The notes under the pieces: generated by a model | Told to the model about the DNA's origin: nothing | The model's input: only the letters and a program-made list of their open reading frames with translations | Databases searched by the model: none | Made by a program: the position numbers and the translations under genes | In this document: positions 38,445 through 50,935 of the stretch, one piece after another | Layout: every line of letters begins with the position of its first letter | Position numbering within the stretch: the first letter of the stretch is position 1 | Assembly: GCA_965649295.1 (NCBI GenBank) | Contig: CBFGKH010000001.1 | Coordinates: 65,657-129,656, forward strand | DNA length: 64,000 nt | Reading direction: 5' to 3' | From: a candidate division WOR-3 bacterium | GTDB lineage: Bacteria; Hydrothermota; Tepidihabitantia; Tepidihabitantales; Tepidihabitantaceae

Positions 38445-39513
38445 AACCCGTGACCAAAAAATCGCTACTAAGACACGTGCGCTCGACCCGCTTCAATATG
38501 ACCGCATCCGAAAGTGACCGAGGTTTCATCGCTGCACTGAAGGACTTGCCCGACCCAAGCATCTTCGGCGACTGAAAAAGATAGACCTTGTCCACCACAC
38601 CGGCTTCCAGCGCTGAGCCCGCTACTGTGGGGCCGCCTTCCAACAATACCGACACAATCTGCCTCTTGTGGAGCTCCGCTAGAATCGCTGGCCAGGACAG
38701 TAGTCCGTCGTGTTGGACAGGAACAGCAACCACATCAATCCCGACAGCTTGCAAGTGCCGGGCCCGGGCCGTTTCGTTCGACCGAGTGAAGATGAGTATC
38801 GGCCCGCTGGCGCGGAACAAACGGAGATCGGTTCTAATCTGAAGGTCCGAGTCCAGCACAACCCGAAGAAGTCGCTTCCCCGGGATGGTTCGGCAAGTCA
38901 GCAGCGGATCATCGGCGAGCACTGTGTTGATACCGACTACAATCGCATCGGCCGTCTCCCGTAGCCGATGCCCCCACCGTCGCGCTGTCGCCCCAGTAAT
39001 CCACCGCGAACCTCCCTGCCGATCTGCCATCATCCCGTCCAACGTAACTGCAGCCTTGAGAACAACAAAAGAGCGGCGTTTGCGCATGAAAGTGAAATAA
39101 GCTTCGTTCAATAACCGAGCCTGTTTAACCAGCACTCCAACTCGCGTCCGGATTCCACTTTCGGCCAGCAACCTGATACCCCTACCGCGGACGCGCGGAT
39201 TCGGATCAAACGTGGCCGCAACGACCTCGCGAATACCAACTGCCCGAACTGCGCCGGTACATGCCGGTGTCTTGCCCTGAAAACAGCATGGTTCCATCGT
39301 CACATACAACGTCGCGCCTTTGGCCCTTTCCCCTGCGTCGCGGATAGCCTCAATCTCAGCATGCGCCCCCCCGAACCGACGGTGCCAGCCGCGGCCAACA
39401 ACCCGATTGTTTTTAACTAGCACCGCACCGACCAACGGATTCGGCGACACTAGGCCCCTTCCGCGCTCGGCTAGTCGCAGTGCCTCAGCCATGAACCGTT
39501 CAGATTGAACCAT
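38425..39513 (-). CDS. ribD: Bifunctional riboflavin biosynthesis deaminase/reductase RibD
   Basis: Deaminase HAEIEAI...TLYVTMEPC..G.TPAC, followed by a reductase (RibG_C) domain. Overlaps ribE by 20 nt. Confidence 0.85.
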   Translation of the reverse strand: MVQSERFMAEALRLAERGRGLVSPNPLVGAVLVKNNRVVGRGWHRRFGGAHAEIEAIRDAGERAKGATLYVTMEPCCFQGKTPACTGAVRAVGIREVVAATFDPNPRVRGRGIRLLAESGIRTRVGVLVKQARLLNEAYFTFMRKRRSFVVLKAAVTLDGMMADRQGGSRWITGATARRWGHRLRETADAIVVGINTVLADDPLLTCRTIPGKRLLRVVLDSDLQIRTDLRLFRASGPILIFTRSNETARARHLQAVGIDVVAVPVQHDGLLSWPAILAELHKRQIVSVLLEGGPTVAGSALEAGVVDKVYLFQSPKMLGSGKSFSAAMKPRSLSDAVILKRVERTCLSSDFLVTGYVHRVD

Positions 39514-39577
39514 TGTCAGTTCGAGACTAGTGACCGACGAACTGCCACGTCACATCCCGGCGTCGGGCTGGCAGTAA

Positions 39578-39859
39578 TCAATCGTAAGCAATTGCAAAGT
39601 CGTCGTATTCGTGCGTGTATTCCTCCCACTCAACGGCTACCTGAGACACAACCGCTGCTGGCGGCCCCTTGTGTAACTTAGCTACAAGCTGTTCAAGCAA
39701 ACTACGCTCACCCTCAGCAACGACCTCAACTGTGCCATCGGCCCGGTTACGCACCCGACCACAGAGCCCCAGAGCCTGCGCCTCCCGCAGCACGAACATC
39801 CGATAGAAGACTCCCTGGACGCGGCCGCTAACAACTGCGCGCACTGCTGCTTTGACCAT
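39578..39859 (-). CDS. acyP: Acylphosphatase
   Basis: VSGRVQGVFYR...GxVRN..DGTVE signature. Start probably the internal ATG (MVKAAV...); the longest ORF extends to 39892. Confidence 0.7.
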   Translation of the reverse strand: MVKAAVRAVVSGRVQGVFYRMFVLREAQALGLCGRVRNRADGTVEVVAEGERSLLEQLVAKLHKGPPAAVVSQVAVEWEEYTHEYDDFAIAYD

Positions 39860-40052
39860 GAGGTAGAATACGCCTCTCCCCCTTGCAGTCAAGCAACTTT
39901 CCCTCTCCTCGACAGCGACTCAATTCACTGGTTGACAGTCAGTTGCCGTGTTCGCTATAATGAATCGTGCGTCGGAGTGTCTTCAATCCTATCACCATAC
40001 TGACGTGCTGTAGCTATAAGAAGCAGTCCCGCTCTAGGAGGAGGTGACCCGT

Positions 40053-41651
40053 ATGGCAGACGAGCAGCAATCCCAAACACCGGGCGGCGAAGAATCGGGT
40101 GCGGCACTAGAACAACGCTACGGTGTGCCGTTCGTTGACCTGACTAACTTCCGCGTCGATTCCGAAGTTCTCCAGATGTTTCCAGAACAATTCATGCGCC
40201 AGAATCATCTGATCCCGCTATTTCGCTCCGGCAACACGCTGGCAGTTGCATTCGCTGATCCTGGCAACATTTTCATCGTTGACGAAGTCCGTCGAATGAC
40301 TGGGATGGACGTCGAACCGATGGTCTGCCGCGAGATCGACTGCATTAATGCAATCAACCAGTACTACACGGCTCCTGAGCAACAGGACCTGCCCGATGAA
40401 CCCGAGGTAACGAGCCTCGACGATCTCCCGGAAGAAGAAACAACTGCCGCTGATGCTGAAGCAACATCCGCTCCACGCAAACTTGAAGAAGCAGCGTCCG
40501 AAGCCCCGGTTGTCCGTTGGGTGAACCAGATGATTATCCGCGCCGTCCGCGAGCGCGCCTCTGACATTCACATTGAACCGACGCGCGAAGGACTTACCGT
40601 CCGCTTCCGTATCGACGGTGTCCTTCACTCGATCGTCTCGCCTAAGAAAGCACTCCAGCTGGCCGTCGTTTCGCGTATCAAAATCATGTCGCGGATGAAC
40701 ATCGCCGAGAAGCGAATACCCCAGGACGGTCGCTACGGTGCTCTAGTCGATGGCCGCGAAATCGACTTCCGTGTCTCAACGTTCCCCACCACCTACGGCG
40801 AGACAGTCGTAATGCGTATCCTTGACCGGATGCGGCTACTCTCGCTCGACGAACTCGGTCTCATGGGTGACGCAGCGACACTGATGCGCGAGATGATTGC
40901 CAAACCTCACGGTGTGCTGCTCGTGACTGGCCCGACCGGTTCCGGCAAGTCCACAACCGTGTACGCCATCCTCGGCGAGATTCGGTCTGCTGATAAGAAC
41001 ATCATCACGATTGAAGACCCAGTCGAATACGATATGGACAAAATCTGTCAGTCGCAGGTCAACGAGAAGGCCGGCTACACCTATCTCGTTGGGTTGAAAC
41101 ACATTCTGCGACAGGACCCGGACGTGATCATGATCGGTGAGATTCGTGACGGTGAGACCGCTGGTGTTGCGATCCGGGCTGCCCTCACCGGCCAGCTCGT
41201 CTTCTCGACCATTCACACGAATGACGCTCCTGGTACTATCACTCGTCTTATCGACATGGGTATCGAACCCTTCCTTGTCGCTTCGGCAACTGAAGGCACT
41301 GTTGCCCAGCGATTGGTTCGCAAAATCTGCCCCAAGTGCAAGGAGCCATTTGACCCGCCAGCCAAGCTGCTTGAGGAACTGGAGCTCCCGCCTGGAACCA
41401 AGTTCTATCGTGGCCGAGGCTGTGAACGTTGCCGCAACACCGGCTACACTGGTCGAATCGGCATCTTCGAAGTGCTGAAAATGAACGACCGTATCCGCGA
41501 ACTCGTGGTCACCCGCCCACCGACATCAGCCATCCGGGCACTTGCTCGTGAGTACGGCATGAAAACCCTCTGGGAAGACGGCATCGCCAAAGTCGTGGCG
41601 GGAATAACGACTATCGAAGAAGTTATGGACGAGGCCGAGAAGGTCGACTAA
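40053..41651 (+). CDS. pilB: Type IV pilus / type II secretion assembly ATPase (PilB/GspE family)
   Basis: GGAGGAGG RBS 8 nt upstream of the ATG at 40053. N-terminal GSPII_E_N domain, Walker A GPTGSGKSTT, Asp/His boxes and the tetracysteine motif CPKC...CERC. Confidence 0.85.
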   Translation: MADEQQSQTPGGEESGAALEQRYGVPFVDLTNFRVDSEVLQMFPEQFMRQNHLIPLFRSGNTLAVAFADPGNIFIVDEVRRMTGMDVEPMVCREIDCINAINQYYTAPEQQDLPDEPEVTSLDDLPEEETTAADAEATSAPRKLEEAASEAPVVRWVNQMIIRAVRERASDIHIEPTREGLTVRFRIDGVLHSIVSPKKALQLAVVSRIKIMSRMNIAEKRIPQDGRYGALVDGREIDFRVSTFPTTYGETVVMRILDRMRLLSLDELGLMGDAATLMREMIAKPHGVLLVTGPTGSGKSTTVYAILGEIRSADKNIITIEDPVEYDMDKICQSQVNEKAGYTYLVGLKHILRQDPDVIMIGEIRDGETAGVAIRAALTGQLVFSTIHTNDAPGTITRLIDMGIEPFLVASATEGTVAQRLVRKICPKCKEPFDPPAKLLEELELPPGTKFYRGRGCERCRNTGYTGRIGIFEVLKMNDRIRELVVTRPPTSAIRALAREYGMKTLWEDGIAKVVAGITTIEEVMDEAEKVD

Positions 41652-41666
41652 AGGAGTTGCGAACCC

Positions 41667-42896
41667 ATGCCGATTTTCGCGTACAAGGTCAGAGACAAAG
41701 AAGGCAAGATCATCTCCGGAACGCTTGAGGGCACTGACGTCGCGAGCGTAACCGAGAAGCTCGACACGCTCGGCTATGTGCCCATAACCATCCGGGAGGA
41801 AAAGGCTGGTGCCGGTGGTGGTGGTTTCAACATCTCCCAGTACTTCGAGAAAGTAAAACCTGTCGATCTTATCAACTTCACTCGTCAGTTCGTCACATTG
41901 CACCGCGCTGGTCTTCCGCTACTCTCGGCCATCGGCGCTCTTCAGGGCCAGACCCGATCTAAACCACTAGCCAAGGCGCTCGACGCCATTCGCAAGGACC
42001 TGATGGGCGGAGCCTCCCTATCGGCCTCGATGGCCAAATACCCACGCGTTTTCGGTGAACTCTACGTCAATTCGATCTGGGCCGGTGAAACTGGTGGTGT
42101 GCTCGACGACATCCTCGACCGGCTCTGCTCCCTGCTCGAACACGAACGCAAACTCAAGTCCGACGTCGGTTCGGCCCTACGCTATCCTGCCATCCTCGGC
42201 GTTGGTTTCGTCGTGGCCATCGTCGTCATGGCCGCGTTCGTTCTGCCGAAGTTCACAATGCTACTGACGACTGTCGGTGGCAAGATGCCGTTGCCCACCA
42301 AGATTCTAATCATGTTCACCGACTTCATGGCGAAGTTCTGGTACGTGATTCTCCTCCTGCTAGCAGGCGTGGGCGTGCTCTTCTACGTCTTCGTTCGCAC
42401 ACCCGCGGGCAAACTCTGGTGGCACCGACTCCAGTTCCGCATCCCGATTTTCGGGCCGATTCTCTATAAAATGGCGCTCTCGCGCTTCGCTCGGATGTTC
42501 GAGACACTGGACCGTACCGGTCTACCCATCCTGCGCAGCCTAAGCCTAGTATCAAAGACCGTCGGCAACGTCTATATGGCTGGTGCCGTGGACCGGCTGG
42601 CTGAAAGTGTCCGGCGCGGCCGCGGACTCGCCGCGCCGATGCGGGAAATTGGTGTCTTTCCGCCCATGGTCATCCAGATGGTCGCCACTGGCGAGGAATC
42701 GGGTGCGCTTGACGACATGCTTCGCCAAGTCTCTGACTACTACGACGCTGAAGTCGACTACGCCGTCAAGAATCTCACCGCGATGCTCGAACCGATCATT
42801 ATCCTCTTCATGGGTGGCGCTGCCGTATTCCTGATTGTGGCAATACTGATGCCTTACATGGAAATCCTCAGCAGTTTCGGCGCATCAGGACACTAG
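41667..42896 (+). CDS. pilC: Type IV pilus platform protein (PilC/GspF family)
   Basis: Two T2SSF repeats, three TM segments and the N-terminal PIFAYKVRDKEGK typical of PilC. Confidence 0.85.
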   Translation: MPIFAYKVRDKEGKIISGTLEGTDVASVTEKLDTLGYVPITIREEKAGAGGGGFNISQYFEKVKPVDLINFTRQFVTLHRAGLPLLSAIGALQGQTRSKPLAKALDAIRKDLMGGASLSASMAKYPRVFGELYVNSIWAGETGGVLDDILDRLCSLLEHERKLKSDVGSALRYPAILGVGFVVAIVVMAAFVLPKFTMLLTTVGGKMPLPTKILIMFTDFMAKFWYVILLLLAGVGVLFYVFVRTPAGKLWWHRLQFRIPIFGPILYKMALSRFARMFETLDRTGLPILRSLSLVSKTVGNVYMAGAVDRLAESVRRGRGLAAPMREIGVFPPMVIQMVATGEESGALDDMLRQVSDYYDAEVDYAVKNLTAMLEPIIILFMGGAAVFLIVAILMPYMEILSSFGASGH

Positions 42897-42916
42897 ACCC
42901 AACGTTCAGCAATCAT

Positions 42917-42951
42917 CCCGCCGCGGCGGCTGCCGCGGCGGGATTCTTTCT
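42917..42951. terminator. Bidirectional rho-independent terminator (CCCGCCGCGGC-GGCT-GCCGCGGCGGG plus ATTCTTTCT) between convergent pilC and gyrB
   Basis: An 11-bp perfect GC stem with a T-tract on the + strand and a moderately A/T-rich flank on the other side. Confidence 0.55.
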
Positions 42952-42978
42952 GGCGCTTTCAAGCGAGAACAATCTCAC

Positions 42979-44901
<1,923 letters not shown>

Positions 44902-44947
44902 CTATCAAGTCTCGACTCCGCCCAGCCAGCTCGACTTGTCTGAATTC

Positions 44948-45331
44948 TTACCCGAAATTCGGATTGCTTCCCGGCAGTATGAAACGAAAGCCACGAACCG
45001 CGGCACCACCAGTGCGAGCCTGGATACGACTTAGCAATTGGGGTGCCAAGTAGTCAAGCTGCGCCACCCAGGCCGGACTGTCAACAACGACTACCAGCCT
45101 GCCTTCCTCGATCGTCAGTGCTCGCGAGTGCCGAGCAATCGTTGGGCCAACCAGCTCTGGCCAGGCGCTGACAATCGGAGCCGCTGCAACTACTTCGGCA
45201 AGTCGCAGCTTCTTGACGACGCTGGGTAACACGTCACCTAATCGCCTAAACTTCAGTGATTTGGCCCGCTTCAACACTGAACTCCTTCGTATCGCCTCGT
45301 CCCAGCGGTTCGAGCCGCCGCGCTGCAACAT
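44948..45331 (-). CDS. DUF721 (DciA-like) protein
   Basis: LGDVLPSVVKKLRLAE...W..LVG..IA..S....I..G.L.V.V.S..W. Position between recF and gyrB is conserved. Start uncertain, and the longest ORF would overlap recF by 200 bp. Confidence 0.45.
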   Translation of the reverse strand: MLQRGGSNRWDEAIRRSSVLKRAKSLKFRRLGDVLPSVVKKLRLAEVVAAAPIVSAWPELVGPTIARHSRALTIEEGRLVVVVDSPAWVAQLDYLAPQLLSRIQARTGGAAVRGFRFILPGSNPNFG

Positions 45332-46298
45332 AAACAAACTGACCGCGCTGACTGACAAGGTCAAGTACCAATGCACTTCGGCTACTATCGAGTTCTGACG
45401 CCACCTCATCGAGCAAGAAGATCGGCCGGTGCCCGGCTCGATCAATCAGCTCTGCCTCAGCCAACCGCAAAGCAATGCTGGCCAGCCGTTGCTCTCCGAC
45501 TGATCCAAACCGACGCAGGTCCCTACCTCCACGGGTGATGGCAATCTCGTCACGGTGCGGTCCAACCAACGTCATGCCCACCGCCAGCGAACGAGCCCGA
45601 GTACGCACGAGCTCGGCCTCAAAAGCCTGCCGATCAGCTTCGACACTGGGCCGGTATTCAACCGTCAACTCATGACCAAGCAAGTCTCGGCCAAACCTTC
45701 TGACACCAGCCAGCAGCTCTGGTACGACCTTACCGCGCCGCTGCCACATCGCCAAACCAGTGCGCACGAGCTCCTCATCCCAGGGTCGTAGCAATTCATC
45801 CCTCACTGACTGCTGCAGCAACCGATTGCGCTGCGCTAGCACCCTGCGGTAGGCAGTAACCAGACTAATGTAACCACGGTCGAGCTTGGCGATTGCCATA
45901 TCGAGGAAGTTCCGACGCAGACTGGGCGCGCCGCGGACAAGCTCAATGTCGTCGAGCGCCAACACTACTACCGGCAGCCAGCCGAAGTAGTCCGATAATC
46001 TCTCCAACAATCGGCCGCCGAGCAGAAGCCGCTTCTCTCGTCGGTCGAACCTGACCTCAGCTTCAAGACCAGCATCATCCCTGCCAGCGACCAACAGCAT
46101 ATCACCACCAAAACCAATCAAGTCTGGCTCGCTACAACGACGGAAAGAACGCCCGACCGCTAGATAGTGAATCGCTTCGAGCAGGTTGGTCTTGCCGGCT
46201 CCGTTTGGGCCGAAGACGAAGTTGGCTCCGGCCGCAAGGTTGATCGTCTGACTGACAAGATTGCGAAAGCCACGGACCGATAGGACTGCCAGCGCCAT
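45246..46298 (-). CDS. recF: DNA replication and repair protein RecF
   Basis: Walker A FVFGPNGAGKTNLLEAI, an ABC signature-like motif and a D-loop LLDEV, in 350 aa. Confidence 0.85.
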   Translation of the reverse strand: MALAVLSVRGFRNLVSQTINLAAGANFVFGPNGAGKTNLLEAIHYLAVGRSFRRCSEPDLIGFGGDMLLVAGRDDAGLEAEVRFDRREKRLLLGGRLLERLSDYFGWLPVVVLALDDIELVRGAPSLRRNFLDMAIAKLDRGYISLVTAYRRVLAQRNRLLQQSVRDELLRPWDEELVRTGLAMWQRRGKVVPELLAGVRRFGRDLLGHELTVEYRPSVEADRQAFEAELVRTRARSLAVGMTLVGPHRDEIAITRGGRDLRRFGSVGEQRLASIALRLAEAELIDRAGHRPIFLLDEVASELDSSRSALVLDLVSQRGQFVYVAARRLEPLGRGDTKEFSVEAGQITEV

Positions 46299-46393
46299 GG
46301 GGCAATCTAGAAGAAAACCTGCTATCGGTCAAGCCGGCAGAAAAGCAGAGGCGACGGTCGGACCGCCGCCTCTGCCATCAACCGATTCGTCTG

Positions 46394-49300
46394 TTACTCG
46401 ATTGCCAGCTTCTGAGTCGAACTGAACCGGTCGGCACTGAACCGAACCAGATAGACACCGGCTGACAGGCCGCCCAGGTCCAGTCTCGCTGTCCCGGTAC
46501 GGCCGACAGCCAGCGACTGCTTGACCAACAACCGGCCCGCAACATCATGGACAGCAACGTTCAGGACCCCAGCGCTAGGCAGTGAATACTGAACAATCGC
46601 AGCCTGACGGTTCAGGGGACTCGGCCCAATCCGAGCAAACAGAACCCCAGCCGGTGCTAGCTTTCCAGCGACACCACCACCCTTCGGAACAGAAGCCATC
46701 AACGACGATACTGGTCGGACATAGCGCCAGAACTCAGTGGTCTTGTTGCCTTTTAGGGCGAAGAACACAGAGTCAGCCCAGGCAACAATGTCACCACCAG
46801 ACTTGACCTTCTTCTTACGTCCGCCAGTTCCAACTTGTGGCATCGTCTCTAGTGGCGTCCAGCTATCTCCATTAGCGTGATAGCGCCAGAACTCCTGGGT
46901 ATTGGCTCCCTTCAAGGCGTAGATGCCGCCTGGGCCCCAGGCACCGCAGCTGCCGTCTCCGGGTTTGGAGCGCCGACCGGTTATCGGGCTAGTAAGCGGC
47001 ATACCCCGCAATGCAGTTACGCTCCAGCCAAGGGTAACGTCGTAAGCGTAAAGTTCGCCAAACTTCGCCCGGTGGGCGTAGATTGTCCGGTCGTTGTCAT
47101 AGACAAGGAACGACCCCTTGTCCCACTTCGCGTCGGTTCCGCCCGGTGCCGACGGTAGCACCTGCCACTGACCAGAAACCGTGTTGTAACGGTAGAACTC
47201 GTTGCGACCACCCTTGAGTAGATAGACGTAACTCGAATCACCCTGAGCAACATAGACCATGTCGGTGCCGCCCTTGATACGTTGGCGGCGTGGTCCGGCC
47301 GGCACTGTCTCCAGCGGGGTCCATGTGTTACTCCCGATATCGAACTTGTAGAACTCCAGGGTATTGTTTCCCTTCACGGCATAGATTGTCCCGTTGCCGT
47401 CGCTGCAACCGACGCCACCCTTGCCGGGAAGCTTACTTCCGGTTGGAACCGGCATGCCCCGCAGGTCATGCCAGGTGTCAGCCAACGGATCATATGAGTA
47501 GAAGTCCCGGGTCTTGTTGCCCTTGGCCGCGTAGATGATACCATTGTCAATTGCGAGCCAGCCGCCTTCTTTCACCGGCCGTACCGAAGGCAAGAGCCGC
47601 ACTTCTCGCGCCCGACTCCAGCCTGTCGGCCATGGCTGCTGCTGGGGCGGTGCGTAGATCCGGAAGGATTCGGTTAGCGTGTCGTTCTCGCGATTGCCGT
47701 CGCCAACCATAAACGTCGAACAGCGCACAGCATAGTTACCGACCGGATGCGGCCCAGGCCAGGGAGCAAACTGCAGCTGACGCGGTGCCCCCTGCGGCAG
47801 GTTGATGACCGTAGCCGTGTCAGTATAGACAAGCCCGGCACCTTCGTCGCGAATGCCCACCCAGACACGGAACGTGGCAGGCAGTTGGCCGTAGTTCTGG
47901 ACCGCTACTGTCGGCACAATCGTCGCGGTCGAGTCAACGCTGTCAGTCGGAGCAACGATTGCCACAACACCAACGTCGAGCACTGACGGCGGAATTACCC
48001 GTGTCGAGCCATAGACGGTGTCGTTCTGTCGATGGGTGTCGCCTGGCAGCGTCGTGAATGCCCACAACTGATGGATACCCTGATTGCGCGCGGTCCAAGC
48101 TGAATCGAATCGCACCTGCAGACTTTCACCGGCATTGATGCTCACCTGTCTGGTCAGAACGAAGTTCATTGGGTTGTCCTGAATCACGAATGTCAGGTTA
48201 CAGACTTCATTCGTAGTCCCATAGTTTCGCACCTTGACCTCTGGTCGCACCTGGGTGAACTCGCGAATTGACTCGCGCGGCGCGACAATCTCGAATGCGC
48301 CGACGTCAATGAAGTCAGGCGGCCGCACTGTGAAGGTCCCTCGTGCCGTATCATTGCCCGGATGCGGGTCCTCTGGCATTATCGTGAAGGCAGCACAGCT
48401 GTAGTCGCCAGCTGGGCTAGCAGTGAAGCGCCTTGTGAAGTTCACTACCAGACTGTCGCCCGGCGGAACGACAACGCCGGTGTGGGTCGTATCATAGACG
48501 ATACTACCACCCGAGTTGCGAATCTGGAACCGGACGTTGCAAGTTCCACCCAACGTCCCGTAGTCCCGTATCCGTACTGCTGGCTGCACCTGAGTGTCCT
48601 GAACAATAACGCCGGTCGGTGCAAGAACCTGCGTAGCACCGACATCGTAGAGGTTAACACGGGTCGAGCCCCAGGCCGTGTCGTTACCCGGCACCTGGTC
48701 GCCGACGAGTTCGGTCCAGCAAGCAGTTGTGAACGAACCGGAATCGGTCGTCCAGCTCGCGAAAGTCACATTGGTCTCACTTCGCGCCCCAAGCGTTGCC
48801 ACCACGGTGCTATCCCGATACACTGTCGCTGCACCACGTCGGATGAGAAACTTCACCATCAAATTTGAGGTCTGCTGGTTGCCGTGGTTGCGAACTGTTG
48901 CGGTCGGCGTCACAACTACGCCATAACCAACATTGCTGCCTGGCTGAAGGATGGCCGTTGCACCGGCATCGGTGTATCGGACATAGAACGGCGTACCGCT
49001 CAACGTGTCGTTGGTCGGGTCAAGATCGAGCTGGAAGTTACGGACTGAACACCGCGGCGTGTAGGTTGTGTTCAGCGGCCCGGGCTGAGCAATCCAGGTT
49101 GGGAAAACAAGCAACGATTCACGGCCCCGCAAAATCACGATCGAATCAATGGTATGACTGTACACAAGCTGCCCGTTCTGGTCACGGAGAGTGAAAGTCA
49201 CGCGCGCCGTATCACGAGCATAGGTACTGAAAGACCGCAGAATTGCCCTCGGGGTAATGGCTGTGCCCGAATCATAGACTGCCAAGACTGGCTCCACGAT

Positions 49301-50935
49301 TGAGTCGATCCCCAGGTTGTGGGTCGCAAAGCCTTCCCGCACCTTGGCCCGAATCAGCATATCCTCGGTCTCAACCGAACGTTGTGGTGCCCAGTCACCG
49401 GTCCATTCCCAGCCTTGGCGCGAGAAAGGACTGGTTCGATCCACCCCGATGCTGGGTGATGACCCGAAGGTCTTGTACCCAACGTAGAATGCACCTGACT
49501 GGATGCTGATCGAATCAAGACTGATGTCCAGTGCCTTCCAGCCGGTACCTGGGTCTGGAATCCAGTAGATACTGTCCAGAACCGGACCTGGCCGGTTGTT
49601 ATTGTCACCATAGATGAAGACGTTAACCGGCGCGACGCTGCCGAAATAGAAGTACAGGCTTTCTATCCATACCGGGTAACGTGGCGGTTCGAACTTCATC
49701 GCATACCCATGGGTATCAGCAAGAGATATCGAACCACTGATTTGTCGGTCGAAACGGAGAATCGTTGGCAGCGCGTAATCGACCACCATAATCTCTACCA
49801 GCACAGAGTCGTTGGCACGATACTGGTCACCCGGGTAGTCAACCTTGACTTTCAGGGTGAATGTTCCCGTATCGCCGAGCTGCGGTGTCCAGGTGCCGAA
49901 GTCAACATAGTAGTTCTCGCCGACGGTCAACGACGGAATCGTCGTTGAGTTGAACCAGACAGTCGTACCAGTCTGCTTCTTAATCTCGCCGGTCACTTCT
50001 ACCTGCCCGACCGGATCAGTGCTGGCATTCTTCACCCAAAGCCAGATTGGCCGAGGCAGCCCACCAAACTGATAGGTCATGAAAAAGCCACCCGAGTTCC
50101 AGGACATCGCGTTGCGAACCATCACATCAGTGAACGAGTAAGTCCGTGTCTGGGGCGGGATGAACCGAACCGCCAGTCCGGCATGAGGAGCATTCATCGC
50201 CTGCCCTGGATTCGACCCGTAAAAGTAACTCAGCCCAACCAAACCGGTCACATTCTCGATGCCGATTGTCCCGTTATTACCCCAGCCATTGCGCGGCGTG
50301 CCGCTCTGTTCCTTGTATTGAAAAGTTATGGTGCTGTCCGGCTTGGATAGGATAATCTGAAAGGTGTTGTTGCCACCCGCGCTCCAAAACGGAACACTCT
50401 CACACTGCATTACGAAAGTGTCGCGGGCCGGGTTAGTCCATATCCAGCACCCCTTGTTGCCATAAAGACCGGTGAAGTCGAGGTCACAGAGCAAGGCCGC
50501 GATCATGTCATTGGGGCGCCGACTGTCAGGGACGTTAGGGAAAGGATGAGATTCGTTGTATTGATCCTCGAAAGCGATATAGCCGTTCGAGCCGATATAG
50601 AACTGACTGTAGCGCAACCAGTAGAACGGGAACTCAAACCCAAGCGAGAATGGTCCAACGACGTTGTCGTCCACCAACCCGGTTACGCGCTGCGCACCGG
50701 GCAGGAGACGGATATCAATCCAGTTGAATTCCGGCCGGCCTGGCACTCCGGGTGTCGTGTCGCTATCAACATAGGTGTAGCCCCACGGATCAGGTCCGCC
50801 GTCAGTGATAGGGAAAATCTCTGGCTTTGTCGGTTGAAACCCAGTCTCGATTGATGCGGCTGCCAGACTCGCTGTCACCAGCAGGCAGCCCAGGAAAAGG
50901 ACTCTGCGGTACACGTTACCTCCCTCAACTAACAC
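46394..50935 (-). CDS. Giant secreted T9SS cargo protein (1513 aa): unassigned ~400-aa N-terminal domain, CARDB-like array, Kelch-like beta-propeller, type-A T9SS CTD
   Basis: Signal peptide. Repeated CARDB-like units (…DVGV..I.AP....DS.......V.V.NYG…). Six repeats of the form G.IYA.KGN.T.EF..Y......W..L. The C-terminus ...VHDVAGRLLVKQSL...GVYLVRFSADRFSSTQKLAIE is the sorting domain. Confidence 0.75.
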   Translation of the reverse strand: MLVEGGNVYRRVLFLGCLLVTASLAAASIETGFQPTKPEIFPITDGGPDPWGYTYVDSDTTPGVPGRPEFNWIDIRLLPGAQRVTGLVDDNVVGPFSLGFEFPFYWLRYSQFYIGSNGYIAFEDQYNESHPFPNVPDSRRPNDMIAALLCDLDFTGLYGNKGCWIWTNPARDTFVMQCESVPFWSAGGNNTFQIILSKPDSTITFQYKEQSGTPRNGWGNNGTIGIENVTGLVGLSYFYGSNPGQAMNAPHAGLAVRFIPPQTRTYSFTDVMVRNAMSWNSGGFFMTYQFGGLPRPIWLWVKNASTDPVGQVEVTGEIKKQTGTTVWFNSTTIPSLTVGENYYVDFGTWTPQLGDTGTFTLKVKVDYPGDQYRANDSVLVEIMVVDYALPTILRFDRQISGSISLADTHGYAMKFEPPRYPVWIESLYFYFGSVAPVNVFIYGDNNNRPGPVLDSIYWIPDPGTGWKALDISLDSISIQSGAFYVGYKTFGSSPSIGVDRTSPFSRQGWEWTGDWAPQRSVETEDMLIRAKVREGFATHNLGIDSIVEPVLAVYDSGTAITPRAILRSFSTYARDTARVTFTLRDQNGQLVYSHTIDSIVILRGRESLLVFPTWIAQPGPLNTTYTPRCSVRNFQLDLDPTNDTLSGTPFYVRYTDAGATAILQPGSNVGYGVVVTPTATVRNHGNQQTSNLMVKFLIRRGAATVYRDSTVVATLGARSETNVTFASWTTDSGSFTTACWTELVGDQVPGNDTAWGSTRVNLYDVGATQVLAPTGVIVQDTQVQPAVRIRDYGTLGGTCNVRFQIRNSGGSIVYDTTHTGVVVPPGDSLVVNFTRRFTASPAGDYSCAAFTIMPEDPHPGNDTARGTFTVRPPDFIDVGAFEIVAPRESIREFTQVRPEVKVRNYGTTNEVCNLTFVIQDNPMNFVLTRQVSINAGESLQVRFDSAWTARNQGIHQLWAFTTLPGDTHRQNDTVYGSTRVIPPSVLDVGVVAIVAPTDSVDSTATIVPTVAVQNYGQLPATFRVWVGIRDEGAGLVYTDTATVINLPQGAPRQLQFAPWPGPHPVGNYAVRCSTFMVGDGNRENDTLTESFRIYAPPQQQPWPTGWSRAREVRLLPSVRPVKEGGWLAIDNGIIYAAKGNKTRDFYSYDPLADTWHDLRGMPVPTGSKLPGKGGVGCSDGNGTIYAVKGNNTLEFYKFDIGSNTWTPLETVPAGPRRQRIKGGTDMVYVAQGDSSYVYLLKGGRNEFYRYNTVSGQWQVLPSAPGGTDAKWDKGSFLVYDNDRTIYAHRAKFGELYAYDVTLGWSVTALRGMPLTSPITGRRSKPGDGSCGAWGPGGIYALKGANTQEFWRYHANGDSWTPLETMPQVGTGGRKKKVKSGGDIVAWADSVFFALKGNKTTEFWRYVRPVSSLMASVPKGGGVAGKLAPAGVLFARIGPSPLNRQAAIVQYSLPSAGVLNVAVHDVAGRLLVKQSLAVGRTGTARLDLGGLSAGVYLVRFSADRFSSTQKLAIE

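Noticed and set aside
44948-45445. Full-length 165-aa DUF721 ORF overlapping recF by 200 bp
   Set aside because: DUF721 proteins are about 100 aa. The conserved part (LGDVLPSVVKKL…) begins well downstream. The N-terminal 40-60 residues are probably not translated, though the exact start is uncertain.
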